DNA from: Clostridia bacterium
Lineage (GTDB): Bacteria > Bacillota > Clostridia > Oscillospirales > CAG-272
Assembly: GCA_017621695.1 (NCBI GenBank)
Contig: JAGASP010000033.1
Span: 1-55,094 of the forward strand
Direction: 5' to 3'
Length of the DNA stretch: 55,094 nucleotides
The position numbers and the translations under genes were made by a program. Each line of letters begins with the position of its first letter. Position 1 is the stretch's first letter. Below the pieces are notes generated by a model that was not told the origin of the DNA, ran no database searches, and saw only the letters and a list, made by a program, of their open reading frames with translations. Positions 10,442 through 20,602 of this stretch are shown here, piece after piece.

Positions 10442-12622
10442 ATGAAAAAAACCAAAGCCGCCGTACTGCTTTCTGTTTTGCTCTCCGCGCTTCTTTTGGC
10501 CGTTGCCTGCTCGGACGGTGCGGATACGACCGACACCCAAGGGGATACGGCATCCGATACCGCCGTCGAATCGGCGGTCGATACGTCTGCAGATACCCAA
10601 GCGGACAGCGAGACCGTGACCGAGCCCGAAACCGAAGCTGCGACCGATGCCGCGACCGACACCGATACGTCCGCCGTGCCCTCTGACAGCGCCGAGCCCG
10701 AGACATCTACGCCCGACGAGCCCGTCGAGACAGAGCCCGAAACCCCTACCGAGCCTGAGGAAATTGTTGTCGCAGGCCCTGAGGTGATCGCCTTCGACAA
10801 GCAGATCTCTGTGCGCGAGATGGGCAGTCAGGCCACCGTCGTTGCCAACGAGGGGCTGTCCTACAAGGCTTCGGGCTACAAGTCATGGAACGGTAACCTC
10901 TTTGTCCTCAACGGCGCTATGACGGTCAGCTTCACTCCTTCCGACGTGACCCGAGCCGATTTTAACCGTTTTTCCATCTGCTATACCTCCACCCAACCCC
11001 TCAAGGGCACCGTCACCTATACCGAAAACGGCAAGCAGAAAACCGATAATTTCTTCCTTGAGGCCGGCGAGAACACGTTTTCCTGCCTGACCACGAGCTA
11101 TCTTGACAAAATCAAGGGCAAGGACATTTCCTCCATGACCTTTGCTTCCTGCAACGGCAAGGACGCGGAATTTGCCCTTTGTCTCCTCAAAACCTACGAT
11201 TATCCCGTCTATACCGCGGCCGATGAGGATACCTATTACATCCAGAACGGCACCTACAAGCTGGGCATCCGCCTCTCCTGGGGCGGCGGCATCAACTACC
11301 TGTGCGATCTGAAAAACAAGAGCGTCATTCCGGGCGCAAACAACCTCATCAACCAGGCAGACACGGGTCGTCTCGTACAGCAGTCCTATTACGGTACCAT
11401 CAGCGAGGGGGACTACAAGGCGGGGATCTATAACGGCTCTCAATGGCGCTATAACCCCGTGCAGGGCGGCGATAAGGAGCAAAACCACAGCCGCATCATT
11501 GATATTGTCGTGACGGAGCATTCGGTGTACGTCAAGGCGCAGCCCATGGACTGGTCGCTGGACAACAAGATCACCCCCAGCTACATGGAGAACAGCTATA
11601 CCCTGTATGAGGATCACATCCGCGTGGATAACCGTTTCGTGGATTTTTCGGGCATGAAGCATCCCTTCTATCACCAGGAGCTTCCCGCGTTCTATACCCT
11701 CAGCTGCTTCAACCGCTTCAATTGGTACGACGGCAGCGCGGGATGGACGGATGACGAGCTGTCCTACCGCGACGATCTCGGCTTCTGGGGTGACAGCGCA
11801 TACTATGATGACTGTACCTTCCTCGTCAAAGAAAGCAACACCGAGACGTGGTGCGCCTGGACGCACAGTAAAAAGGACTATGGCATCGGTCTGTACGTGC
11901 CCAACGCCGACTCCTACCTCGCGGGTCGCCATGCCTTTGATGCCTCTCCCAGTGCCGGCTCGGGATCTACCAACTACGTCGCGCCCGTCAACACCAAGCA
12001 GCTCGTATCCTACGAGCCCCTCGCTTACAGCTACCTCATCACCACGGGCTCTGTGTCCGAGATCCGCGAAATCTTCAAGCAGAACAAGGATTTTGCCGAC
12101 AACGCAAGCCTGCATGAAAATCATCAGAGCCGCCGCGTCCCCGACAGCAATCCCGTGCAAAAGCCCGCCGAGGGCGGCCATACGTTGGATATGACCAACG
12201 CCACCCACCGCGGCGGCGTGACTCCCGCCCACAACGCGACCGTAGAGTACGATGGCGGCCGCAGGGCGCTGAAGCTCATTGCCAAGGGCGATGACCCCAA
12301 CGTCAACGTCAGCTTTTCCAAGGTCGGTACCATTTCCGCGAGTGCGTACAAGACCCTCGTGATCGAATACATGGTGCCTACCACCCATTCCGCCGACAAC
12401 GCGCTCTGCGATCTGTTTATCTGCGCGGATGCCGTGACGAACGCTACCGCCGATTGCTGTGTCCGCAAGGATCTTGTCGTGGACGGACAGTTCCACGTGC
12501 TGGAGGTCGATCTGTCGGGCTATGCTTGGTGGACGGGAAGCCTCAACTCCATCCGTTTTGACTTTTTGGATGCCGTGACGTCGGGAGATTGCGTTTTTGT
12601 CAAGAGCATCGGCTTCAAATGA
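10442..12622 (+). CDS. Uncharacterised multidomain lipoprotein, probably carbohydrate-active
   Basis: AVAC lipobox, D/T/E linker, aromatic-rich core (NQADTGRLVQQSYYG, WRYNPVQGGD, HQELPAFY), C-terminal beta-sandwich domain. Confidence 0.7.
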   Translation: MKKTKAAVLLSVLLSALLLAVACSDGADTTDTQGDTASDTAVESAVDTSADTQADSETVTEPETEAATDAATDTDTSAVPSDSAEPETSTPDEPVETEPETPTEPEEIVVAGPEVIAFDKQISVREMGSQATVVANEGLSYKASGYKSWNGNLFVLNGAMTVSFTPSDVTRADFNRFSICYTSTQPLKGTVTYTENGKQKTDNFFLEAGENTFSCLTTSYLDKIKGKDISSMTFASCNGKDAEFALCLLKTYDYPVYTAADEDTYYIQNGTYKLGIRLSWGGGINYLCDLKNKSVIPGANNLINQADTGRLVQQSYYGTISEGDYKAGIYNGSQWRYNPVQGGDKEQNHSRIIDIVVTEHSVYVKAQPMDWSLDNKITPSYMENSYTLYEDHIRVDNRFVDFSGMKHPFYHQELPAFYTLSCFNRFNWYDGSAGWTDDELSYRDDLGFWGDSAYYDDCTFLVKESNTETWCAWTHSKKDYGIGLYVPNADSYLAGRHAFDASPSAGSGSTNYVAPVNTKQLVSYEPLAYSYLITTGSVSEIREIFKQNKDFADNASLHENHQSRRVPDSNPVQKPAEGGHTLDMTNATHRGGVTPAHNATVEYDGGRRALKLIAKGDDPNVNVSFSKVGTISASAYKTLVIEYMVPTTHSADNALCDLFICADAVTNATADCCVRKDLVVDGQFHVLEVDLSGYAWWTGSLNSIRFDFLDAVTSGDCVFVKSIGFK

Positions 12623-12674
12623 GGGTCTTTGCGGATATTTCCTTGAAAATTGTGTGAATTTATGCCGTAAACCC

Positions 12675-12703
12675 TTGATTTTTGACACAAAAAAGTGTAT
12701 GAT
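12675..12703 (+). promoter_or_regulatory. sigma-A promoter of trigger-factor-like paralog 1
   Basis: TTGATT-17-TATGAT, conserved upstream of paralog 2. Confidence 0.65.
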
Positions 12704-12735
12704 GTAAGCATCGTTTAAGAAATCGGAGTATGAAT

Positions 12736-14037
12736 ATGAAAACAAACAAGCTTTTGTATATTTTGGCGGGCGCGCTTTTGAGCCTTTGCGTCCTCGCTTC
12801 CTGCGGTACGTCTGCGTCCTCGGATCAGGAGACCACGACCGAAACCGATACGGGTGCTGAGATTGCCACGGGAGCTACGACCTCTGCCGAAACCACCGCG
12901 GAAACCAAGGAAGAAGTGACCCAGATGCCCCGTTACGACTATTTTGAGGCCGAGGTTGGCCCCGACGTGACGCTGGACAAGTCTGTCTACGCTTCCATGA
13001 AGCTGGAACTCCCCAAGTCTCTGCTTGTCACCGACGAGCAGGTGCAGACCTACCTCAACTATCTTATTTTCCAGGAAAGAGAAGCGGTCAATGGGGACAC
13101 CAAGGTCTACGATCAGCCCCTCAAGCTGGGCGATACCGCTTATATCTACTATCGCGGCACCGTGGACGGCAAGGAATTTGAGGGCGGCTCCAATATGGAG
13201 GACAAGACCTCCTACGGTCTGGGTCTCGGCTCGGGCTCCTTCATTCCCGGCTTCGAAGAGGGTCTTGTGGGCGTGATCCCCAACCAGACCTCCAAGGACA
13301 ACCCCGCCGAGGTGCACGTCACCTTCCCCGAGGGCTATAGCGCCGAGCTTGGCGGTAAGGATGCCATCTTCTACGTCTACGTCGAGTATGCCGTGCAGTA
13401 CACCCTGCCCGAATATACCCGCGAATTCGTGGAAAAAACCCTCAAATACGAATCCGAAAAGGTGCACGTTACCGAAAAATCCTTCCTGGCGGAATTTGAG
13501 GCCTATCTCAAGACGTATATTGAAGATCAGAATAAGGAAAACGTCGAGGCTGCCAAGACCGACGCGCTTTGGACGTATCTGACCGAAAAGGTGGTCTGCG
13601 TGAATCTGCCTCAGATGGAGCTGGACTATTATACCACCTCTTACCTGAACGAGATCAATGCTGCGTATGAATATTATTCCACGGGCGCAAGCAAGGATCA
13701 GTTCCTTGAGATGTACCCCACCGTCGGTGATTTTGCCATCGTGTTCATGGGATATGACGAGGATGCCGACTGGGAAGCAGAGATCGCCAAGCAGGCCGAG
13801 CTGATGGTCAAGAAGGATATGCTGGTGCACGCCATCGCCGAATGGGAAAATATGGAGACCGTGACCGACGAGGAGCTGGAGGACGAGATCGAGTACTGGA
13901 TCGAGTACTACGGCGGCTACGTGACAAAGGAAGATATTCTGGAGAACATCGGAGAGGCATATCTCCGTGAATCTGCATTTGCCGTGAAGATGTACGATTA
14001 TCTGATCGCCAACTGCACGTTTGAATATACGAAGTAA
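12736..14037 (+). CDS. Trigger-factor-like FKBP PPIase lipoprotein (no ribosome-binding domain), paralog 1
   Basis: LASC lipobox; [20 protein letters not shown] and [15 protein letters not shown] motifs; TF-like C-terminal domain; no GFRxGxxP motif. Confidence 0.85.
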   Translation: MKTNKLLYILAGALLSLCVLASCGTSASSDQETTTETDTGAEIATGATTSAETTAETKEEVTQMPRYDYFEAEVGPDVTLDKSVYASMKLELPKSLLVTDEQVQTYLNYLIFQEREAVNGDTKVYDQPLKLGDTAYIYYRGTVDGKEFEGGSNMEDKTSYGLGLGSGSFIPGFEEGLVGVIPNQTSKDNPAEVHVTFPEGYSAELGGKDAIFYVYVEYAVQYTLPEYTREFVEKTLKYESEKVHVTEKSFLAEFEAYLKTYIEDQNKENVEAAKTDALWTYLTEKVVCVNLPQMELDYYTTSYLNEINAAYEYYSTGASKDQFLEMYPTVGDFAIVFMGYDEDADWEAEIAKQAELMVKKDMLVHAIAEWENMETVTDEELEDEIEYWIEYYGGYVTKEDILENIGEAYLRESAFAVKMYDYLIANCTFEYTK

Positions 14038-14059
14038 AAGGTAACTTCCGAAAAGTACA

Positions 14060-14097
14060 CCCGCTCTTTCGCCGATGGAAGGAGCGGGCTTTGCTTT
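14060..14097 (+). terminator. Terminator
   Basis: CCCGCTCTTTC...GAAGGAGCGGG stem then TTTGCTTT. Confidence 0.6.
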
Positions 14098-14139
14098 AAA
14101 AACTATTTGTCAAATGCGCACAAAATACAGGCAAAAGCA

Positions 14140-14167
14140 TTGACAAATTTCGGGTTTGTGGTATAAT
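14140..14167 (+). promoter_or_regulatory. sigma-A extended -10 promoter
   Basis: TTGACA-16-TATAAT with TG. Confidence 0.75.
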
Positions 14168-14222
14168 ATGAATAACACCTGTCCTCGGGCAGTGTGAAAT
14201 CATGCACAAGGAGAAATGCAAG

Positions 14223-15953
14223 ATGAAAAAATATTTGGCTTTGATCTTTTGTATCGCGGTTCTTTTGATCGGCGGTACGATCCTGATCTCCGCAGCTCCC
14301 GCAGAGCAAGCGGGCTTCTGGATCGAAGATGCCGTGAAGGCAGAAGAAATTCTCGCGGGTGAAGCAGGCGAGCGCGATATCATTTGGAACGTGCCCTTCC
14401 TGCACATCGCTCCCGAGCTGGACGGTGAGATCGGCAAGAACGAGTACATCCCCTTTGAAGAGTACGAAGACTACATCGCCTGGATGGCAAACTCTGTGGA
14501 CGCTACCACCGGTCAGCCTTCCAACTCGGTTGAAGAATTCCAGGAATTCTATGATGCAACGCAGGACGGCTTCTTTGAGGCTTATTGGGGCTGGGACGGT
14601 AACTACCTCTACCTTGCCTTTGACGTAAACCTCGTCAATGGCTTTACCTGTACCCCTGAGAAGCTGGGTGGCGATATGTTCCTGTGGGCTTACAACTGTC
14701 TGCAGGTCGGTATTGCAAGCGTGGATGCTACCGGCAGAGACCCCAGCTACGTAGAGCTTGGTTTTGGTGTACACAGTGAAACCAATGAGTCCATTACCGC
14801 AAACTGGGCAGGCTCCTATCTTCCCACGGCAGGTGAGGACTTCATCGGTTACTATGATGCAACCAACCAGAAGCTTCGCTATGAGCTTCGTATTCATCTG
14901 CAGTCTGCGCTGGGTCTGACCGACCGTACGGTTGAAAACGGCGATCAGATCAACTTCGCATGGCTTCTGTCCTGTAACGGTGAAAGCACCGGTGCACACG
15001 ATACCTGGCAGATCGCTTTCTGTCACGGTATTGGCGGTCCTTACTCCGGCAAGGAAAACAAGTATTTCGCACGCATCACCTTTGCAGATAAGCCCGACGG
15101 TCTGGATATTCCCATCGTAGAGCTGCCCGGCATGAGTGAGGAAGATAAGGAATACGGTCTGAGAGAGTTCATCGACCTGAGCAACGAAAAGGTGGCAGGA
15201 ACCTTTGAGGGCGAGAATGCCGCTGTGGAATACATCACCGAAGGCGAAACCTCCTTCCTGCGCATCACTTCTCTTGCTACCGATAACGATTATCCCTTCG
15301 CTTACAGCACCAAGTACCCCACCAACCTTGTCGGTGGTCTGGGTGACTACATCGTTGTCAAGTACCGCACCTCTTCTCCCGAGGGTGAGGATCTGGGTAT
15401 TGTATTCCGTAACATTTATGCAACCGAGCATGATCCCGAAAACTGCTACATCGACACCATCGGCAACGACGGTGAGTGGCACACCATGATCTTCTATATG
15501 TCCGGTGAAGCCAACTGGCAGCACTTCATTCTGAACATTGGTCTGGTTCCTTTCGCATATTCTTCCAATTCCGCACAGGAAACCATTGATATTGCATGGA
15601 TCAAGATCTATCAGAACGACCCCACCGAGATCTACGAGAATGATTTCTACGATCCCGATGCCGGCGAAGACGAGTCTACGGATGAATCCGAGGCAGGTTC
15701 CGAGGCAGGCTCTGAGGTAGGCTCCGAGGGTGAATCCCAGCCTGCTGAGTCCAAGCCCGTAGAATCCACGCCCGTTGAATCCGATTCCACCAAGGACAGC
15801 GCTGCTGAATCCAACAGCGCAAAGGATTCCACCGCTGATGAATCCGAGTCCGAGGAAGAGCAGTCGGGTTGCGGCGCAACCGTTCTCGGTTCTGTGGCTG
15901 TTCTGATGGCCGCTGCCGCTGCTGCTGTGGTTCTCAAGAAGAAGGAAGACTGA
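14223..15953 (+). CDS. Secreted surface protein (CBM9-like + beta-sandwich domain) with Gly-Cys C-terminal anchor, paralog 1
   Basis: Signal peptide MKKYLAL; APELDGEI..EY, WGWDGNYLY; acidic S/E linker; SGCGA + TM + KKKED. Confidence 0.75.
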   Translation: MKKYLALIFCIAVLLIGGTILISAAPAEQAGFWIEDAVKAEEILAGEAGERDIIWNVPFLHIAPELDGEIGKNEYIPFEEYEDYIAWMANSVDATTGQPSNSVEEFQEFYDATQDGFFEAYWGWDGNYLYLAFDVNLVNGFTCTPEKLGGDMFLWAYNCLQVGIASVDATGRDPSYVELGFGVHSETNESITANWAGSYLPTAGEDFIGYYDATNQKLRYELRIHLQSALGLTDRTVENGDQINFAWLLSCNGESTGAHDTWQIAFCHGIGGPYSGKENKYFARITFADKPDGLDIPIVELPGMSEEDKEYGLREFIDLSNEKVAGTFEGENAAVEYITEGETSFLRITSLATDNDYPFAYSTKYPTNLVGGLGDYIVVKYRTSSPEGEDLGIVFRNIYATEHDPENCYIDTIGNDGEWHTMIFYMSGEANWQHFILNIGLVPFAYSSNSAQETIDIAWIKIYQNDPTEIYENDFYDPDAGEDESTDESEAGSEAGSEVGSEGESQPAESKPVESTPVESDSTKDSAAESNSAKDSTADESESEEEQSGCGATVLGSVAVLMAAAAAAVVLKKKED

Positions 15954-15980
15954 TCTCGGTCAGTTCATCCGAAGTAACTG

Positions 15981-16013
15981 AAAAAAGCCCTGCGCGTATG
16001 CGCAGGGCTTTTT
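15981..16013. terminator. Bidirectional terminator
   Basis: AAAAAAGCCCTGCGC-gtat-GCGCAGGGCTTTTT between convergent genes. Confidence 0.85.
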
Positions 16014-16037
16014 ATAGGTAACCGTTATAGGTAACCG

Positions 16038-16856
16038 TTATAAAACCGTCAGACTGATCTCTCCGCCGCGCAAAACGGTTTGTGTCGCATCATCCAAGCG
16101 CAGGAGCAAGCCGTAATCATCATCTACTCCCATGATCCTGCCTTCGACAGATCGAGAGGGATCGGGGGTGCCGTCGGGCGCAAAATTGCGTGAGCACACC
16201 ACACGCTCTCCCACCAGCATCAGCCGTGAGCGGTAGCAGGCCAGCGTTGCCTCTGTGCGATCCCCGTGCAAGGCGTCCACCAGCGCATTTGCTACCGTTG
16301 CGCACAGTAAAGACAGATTTACAGGCGCATCCGTCGGAGAAAGCACCGCTCCTGCGGGATTTCGCATTCCCTCGGGGAAGCTATGGGTGGTGATATTGAT
16401 ACCGATCCCTACCAGCACGCGGATGCCGTCGGCTGTCGGGATCGCTTCCGTGAGGATGCCGCAGATCTTTTTGCCGTCCAGATACAGGTCGTTGACCCAT
16501 TTGATCTGTGCTCGCTTTTGGCAAACCGCCTCCAGAGCAAGAAAAACCGCCACAGCGGCGGCAGGTGTCACACGGGAAACTACTGCTTCGTCGGCGCGCA
16601 GATCCAACGCCAGGGTCATATAAAGTCCGCTCCCGGCAGGCGAATAAAAGCTCCGTCCCAGCCGTCCCCTCCCCGCCGTCTGCGCGTGGGCGACCACGAG
16701 ATACGGTGCGGACACCTGCTGCTCGGCAAGTCTGCGCGCTTGGGTATTGGTGGAATCTATAGACGCGTGCACCGAGATGGGCATATCGGCAAGTGCATCC
16801 GCAAGGTACTTGCGGATCTGCTCGCTTGCGGGCAAAAGGTGGGAAGGATAGATCAT
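16038..16856 (-). CDS. birA: Biotin--protein ligase without N-terminal HTH
   Basis: DSTN, QTAGRGRLGR, KWVND, KKICGILTE and GIGIN motifs. Confidence 0.92.
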   Translation of the reverse strand: MIYPSHLLPASEQIRKYLADALADMPISVHASIDSTNTQARRLAEQQVSAPYLVVAHAQTAGRGRLGRSFYSPAGSGLYMTLALDLRADEAVVSRVTPAAAVAVFLALEAVCQKRAQIKWVNDLYLDGKKICGILTEAIPTADGIRVLVGIGINITTHSFPEGMRNPAGAVLSPTDAPVNLSLLCATVANALVDALHGDRTEATLACYRSRLMLVGERVVCSRNFAPDGTPDPSRSVEGRIMGVDDDYGLLLRLDDATQTVLRGGEISLTVL

Positions 16857-16991
16857 ACGCGCTCCTTTTTGCTTTTTTATACATCATACCTTTTTTTCAA
16901 AAAGCAAGTGTGAACTTGGTGTAAATAATCCTGCGTTTTTGCGATTTGAGGAAAATTTATTGACGGTTGTGTGAATTTCTCCGCCTACCCC

Positions 16992-17020
16992 TTGATTTTT
17001 TTGCTCAAAAGGTGTATGAT
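16992..17020 (+). promoter_or_regulatory. sigma-A promoter of trigger-factor-like paralog 2
   Basis: TTGATT-17-TATGAT. Confidence 0.65.
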
Positions 17021-17078
17021 ATAGCCAATGACGCGCGCAAGTGCCGCGTCGCATCTTACATGAAATCGGAGAATCCTT

Positions 17079-18548
17079 ATGAAATCCAACAAGCTTTTCC
17101 TGATCCTCCTCTCCCTTGTGCTGAGCGTGACGCTTCTGGTCGCCTGTACGCAGGATGAGAAGCCCGCCGACGGCGAAAGCGATACCGCGTCGTCCGAAAC
17201 CAACGCATCCTCCAATACGGCAGATACCGCAGACGAGGGCACCGCCGCTTCGGATACCGACACCGATGATACCGCTGGTACCGCTGACACCGTGGACACC
17301 GCTGACACCGCTGACACCGCGGACACCGCGGATACCGCCGAAACGTCCGAAGACGGAACCGCTTCTTCCGACGAGGAAACAGGTACCGATGCCATTACCG
17401 ATGGTGACACTACCCCCGAGGAAACCGAAGCGCCTCTCCCCCGTTACGACTATTTTGAAGAAGAGGTTGCCCCCAACGTCACGCTGGACAAGTCCAAGTA
17501 TCAGTCCATGAGCCTCACCCTCCCTGCGAGTCTCATGATCACCGACGAGCAGGTGCAAAGCTACATTGATTACCTCATGTTCCAGGAGCGAACCGCCAAA
17601 AACGGCGAAACCAAGGTCTACGATCAGGCCATTCAAAAGGGCGACACCGCGTATATTTACTATCGCGGCACGATCGATGGCAAAGAATTTGAAGGCGGCT
17701 CCAATATGGAGGATACTGCTCCTTACGGCTTGGGTATTGGCTCGGGCGCTTTCATTCCCGGCTTTGAAGAGGGCCTTGTGGGCGTGATCCCCAACCAGAC
17801 CTCCAAGGAGAATCCTGCCGAGGTGCACGTCACCTTCCCCGAGGGCTACAACGCCGAGCTCGGCGGCAAGGATGCCATCTTCTACGTGGTTGTTGAGTAT
17901 TCCGTGCAGTACACCCTGCCCGAATACAACCGCGCGTTCGTTGAAAATACGCTGGGCTATGAGTCTGAAAAGGTGCACGTTACAGACAAGTCCTTCCTCA
18001 ATGAATTTTTTGGTTTTATCAGAGCCTATCTTGAAGAACAGAACGCCGAGTACGTGGAATCCGCCAAGACCGATGCGCTCTGGACATACCTGACCGAGAC
18101 GGCCGAGTGCATCAATCTGCCGCAGATCGAGCTGGACTATTATTTCATTACCTACAAGAAAGAACTCCAATCCGCGTATGACTATTATTGCAGCGGTGCC
18201 CAGAAAGAGGAATTCCTCAAGCTGTATCCTACCTTAGGCGATTTTGCCATTGCCTACATGGGCTATGATGAGGATGCCGATTGGGAAGCCGAGATCGCCA
18301 AGCAGGCTGAGCTGATGGTGAAAAAGGATATGATCACCCACGCCATTGCCGAGTGGGAGAACATGGAAACCGTCACCGACAAGGAGCTGGAGGAAGAGAT
18401 CGAATACTGGGTCGAATACTACGGCGGTTATGTGACCAAGGAAGACATTCTGGAGAACATCGGTGAGGAGTATCTTCGCGAATCCGCCTTTGCTGTCAAG
18501 CTCTTTGACTATCTCATCGCCAACTGCACCTTCACCTACGAGGAATGA
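17079..18548 (+). CDS. Trigger-factor-like FKBP PPIase lipoprotein, paralog 2
   Basis: LVAC lipobox, DTA-repeat linker, core highly similar to 12736-14037. Confidence 0.85.
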   Translation: MKSNKLFLILLSLVLSVTLLVACTQDEKPADGESDTASSETNASSNTADTADEGTAASDTDTDDTAGTADTVDTADTADTADTADTAETSEDGTASSDEETGTDAITDGDTTPEETEAPLPRYDYFEEEVAPNVTLDKSKYQSMSLTLPASLMITDEQVQSYIDYLMFQERTAKNGETKVYDQAIQKGDTAYIYYRGTIDGKEFEGGSNMEDTAPYGLGIGSGAFIPGFEEGLVGVIPNQTSKENPAEVHVTFPEGYNAELGGKDAIFYVVVEYSVQYTLPEYNRAFVENTLGYESEKVHVTDKSFLNEFFGFIRAYLEEQNAEYVESAKTDALWTYLTETAECINLPQIELDYYFITYKKELQSAYDYYCSGAQKEEFLKLYPTLGDFAIAYMGYDEDADWEAEIAKQAELMVKKDMITHAIAEWENMETVTDKELEEEIEYWVEYYGGYVTKEDILENIGEEYLRESAFAVKLFDYLIANCTFTYEE

Positions 18549-18584
18549 TAAGAACCCTTCATTCAGAGTTTCTGTTAACTTAAT

Positions 18585-18613
18585 AAAAGCCCTGCTCATG
18601 TGAGCAGGGCTTT
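18585..18613. terminator. Bidirectional terminator
   Basis: AAAAGCCCTGCTCA-tg-TGAGCAGGGCTTT between convergent genes. Confidence 0.8.
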
Positions 18614-18642
18614 ATCAATTGCTTCGGATGAGCTGACCGAGA

Positions 18643-20352
18643 TCAGTCTTCCTTCTTCTTGAGAACCGCAGCGGCAGCGACAGCGGCTATCAAAACAGCC
18701 ACAGAACTAAGCAGCGTTGCGCCGCAACCCGATTTTTCTTCTGCCTCAGACTCGGATTCAGCGGCGGCAGAATCCTTTGCGCTGTCGGACTCGGCGGGGA
18801 TGGATTCGGCAGGCTTGGATTCGGCAGGCTGAGACTCCGCAGACTGGGATTCCACGGGTACAGACTCGGCAGGGGTGGACTCGGGCTCGGAATCCGCGTC
18901 AGAAGAGGATTCCTCCTCTGCGTCGGGATCATAGAAGTCATGATAGTACATCTCGGAGGGGTCTTCCTGATAGAATTTGATCCAAGCGAGATCGAGGGTC
19001 TCCTGGGCGGAGTTTTTAGCGAGTGCGAAGGGCACAAATCCAAGATTCAGGATGAAGTGCTGCCAGTTGTTTTCGCCCGTCATATAGAAGATCGTGACGT
19101 GCCACTCACCGTCGGTGCCAATGGTATCCACGTAACAATTGTCAGGATGGAATTCCGTGTCGAAGACGTTGCGGAAAATGATGCCCAGATCCTCGCCCAT
19201 TTCAGAGGAGGTGCGATACTTGACAACAACGTAGTCACCGAGACCGCCTACAATGTTTCTGGGGTATTTGGTGCTGTAAACGTAGGGGTAGCCTTCGGTG
19301 GCAAAGGAAGTGATACGCATGAAGGATTCGTCTCCCTCGGTGATATACTCCACACCGGCATTTTCGCCTTCAAAGGTCTTGACGACCGTCTCGTTACTCA
19401 GATCCACCGTCTCCTTGAGACCCAGCGCCTTGTCCTCCTCGCTCATACCGGGGATGACATTGATCATAGGGCCGTCATCTCCGATGGGCTTACCGGCGAA
19501 GGTCACGCGTGCCATGTTGGCGGCATTCTTGGAATGAGGGCCGCTGATGCCGTGGCAGAAGAAAAGGTGCCATACGTCGTAGGTGCCGGTGGTCTCGCCG
19601 TTGAGGGAAAGCACCCATGCCAAATTCATGGTATCACCGTTTTCCACGGTGCGGTCAAGCTCCAGAACGGAGGGCAGATGGATGCGCATTTCATAGCGGA
19701 GCAGCTGATTCTGTTCGTCATAGTAACCGTTGAAATCCTCGCCTGCTACGGGGCAGTAGGTGCCGAACCAGTTGAAGGTGATGGGCTCATTGGTTTCGCT
19801 GTGTACACCAAAGCCAAGCTCGGTGTAGCCGTCGATGCCTGTGGCATCTGCGGGGGACAGACCGACCTGCAGGCAGTTATAGGCCCACAGCATCATATCA
19901 CCACCCATGACCTCAGGGGTACAGGTGAAGCCGTTGACGAGATTGACTTCAAAGGCGAGATAGAGGTAGTTGCCGTCCCAACCCCACCAGGGCTTGAAAA
20001 AGCCTTCCTGTGTGGCATCGTAGAACAGTTGAAAATCTTCGCGGGTGTTGGGAATCTCGCCCGTGGTGGGATCGGTAGAGTTTGCCAGCCAGGAGAGATA
20101 ATCTTCATACATTTCAAAGGGATAATATTCGGCCTTTCCGATCTGACCGTCAAGCGTGGGAGGGATGTGCAGATAAGGAACTTCCCACAGTATGTCTTCC
20201 TCGCCGGCTTTTCCCGCGAGGATCTCGTCGGTTTTTTCGGATTTGACCATGTAATATCCGGCTTCCTCGACGATATTGGCGGCAGACGTGATCAAAACGC
20301 CCACCAAAAACAGGGAAGCGATACACAGGGCAAGTGCAAGCAGTTTTTTCAT
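18643..20352 (-). CDS. Secreted surface protein with Gly-Cys C-terminal anchor, paralog 2
   Basis: Colinear homolog of 14223-15953; SGCGA + TM + KKKED. Confidence 0.75.
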   Translation of the reverse strand: MKKLLALALCIASLFLVGVLITSAANIVEEAGYYMVKSEKTDEILAGKAGEEDILWEVPYLHIPPTLDGQIGKAEYYPFEMYEDYLSWLANSTDPTTGEIPNTREDFQLFYDATQEGFFKPWWGWDGNYLYLAFEVNLVNGFTCTPEVMGGDMMLWAYNCLQVGLSPADATGIDGYTELGFGVHSETNEPITFNWFGTYCPVAGEDFNGYYDEQNQLLRYEMRIHLPSVLELDRTVENGDTMNLAWVLSLNGETTGTYDVWHLFFCHGISGPHSKNAANMARVTFAGKPIGDDGPMINVIPGMSEEDKALGLKETVDLSNETVVKTFEGENAGVEYITEGDESFMRITSFATEGYPYVYSTKYPRNIVGGLGDYVVVKYRTSSEMGEDLGIIFRNVFDTEFHPDNCYVDTIGTDGEWHVTIFYMTGENNWQHFILNLGFVPFALAKNSAQETLDLAWIKFYQEDPSEMYYHDFYDPDAEEESSSDADSEPESTPAESVPVESQSAESQPAESKPAESIPAESDSAKDSAAAESESEAEEKSGCGATLLSSVAVLIAAVAAAAVLKKKED

Positions 20353-20397
20353 TTGAGGGGTCTCCTTTCAAGATGATTTTAACGATTCCTCGGAAAA

Positions 20398-20426
20398 ATT
20401 ATACCATGTGCCCAAACTTTTGTCAA
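20398..20426 (-). promoter_or_regulatory. sigma-A extended -10 promoter
   Basis: TTGACA-17-TATAAT with TG on the minus strand. Confidence 0.75.
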
Positions 20427-20572
20427 TGCTTTCAAGGAAAAATCACCAAAACGACCAAGGATGACGAAAAAATAACCCCTGAAGTGCGATTGCGGCGTGT
20501 TTGGGTTTGGTTTTTTGGGGGAAATCTTTTGAAAAAATGCGTTGTTTTTTTAAAATATTTTTCAAAAACCCC

Positions 20573-20602
20573 TTGACAAATCAGGGACTTTGCGGTTATA
20601 AT
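20573..20602 (+). promoter_or_regulatory. sigma-A promoter of the rpmH operon
   Basis: TTGACA-18-TATAAT. Confidence 0.7.

Noticed and set aside
12736-14037. Canonical tig
   Set aside because: Lipoprotein signal, no ribosome-binding motif, no clpP/clpX neighbours
12736-20352. Diversity-generating retroelement TR/VR pair
   Set aside because: Paralogs differ at all base types over whole genes, and no reverse transcriptase is present
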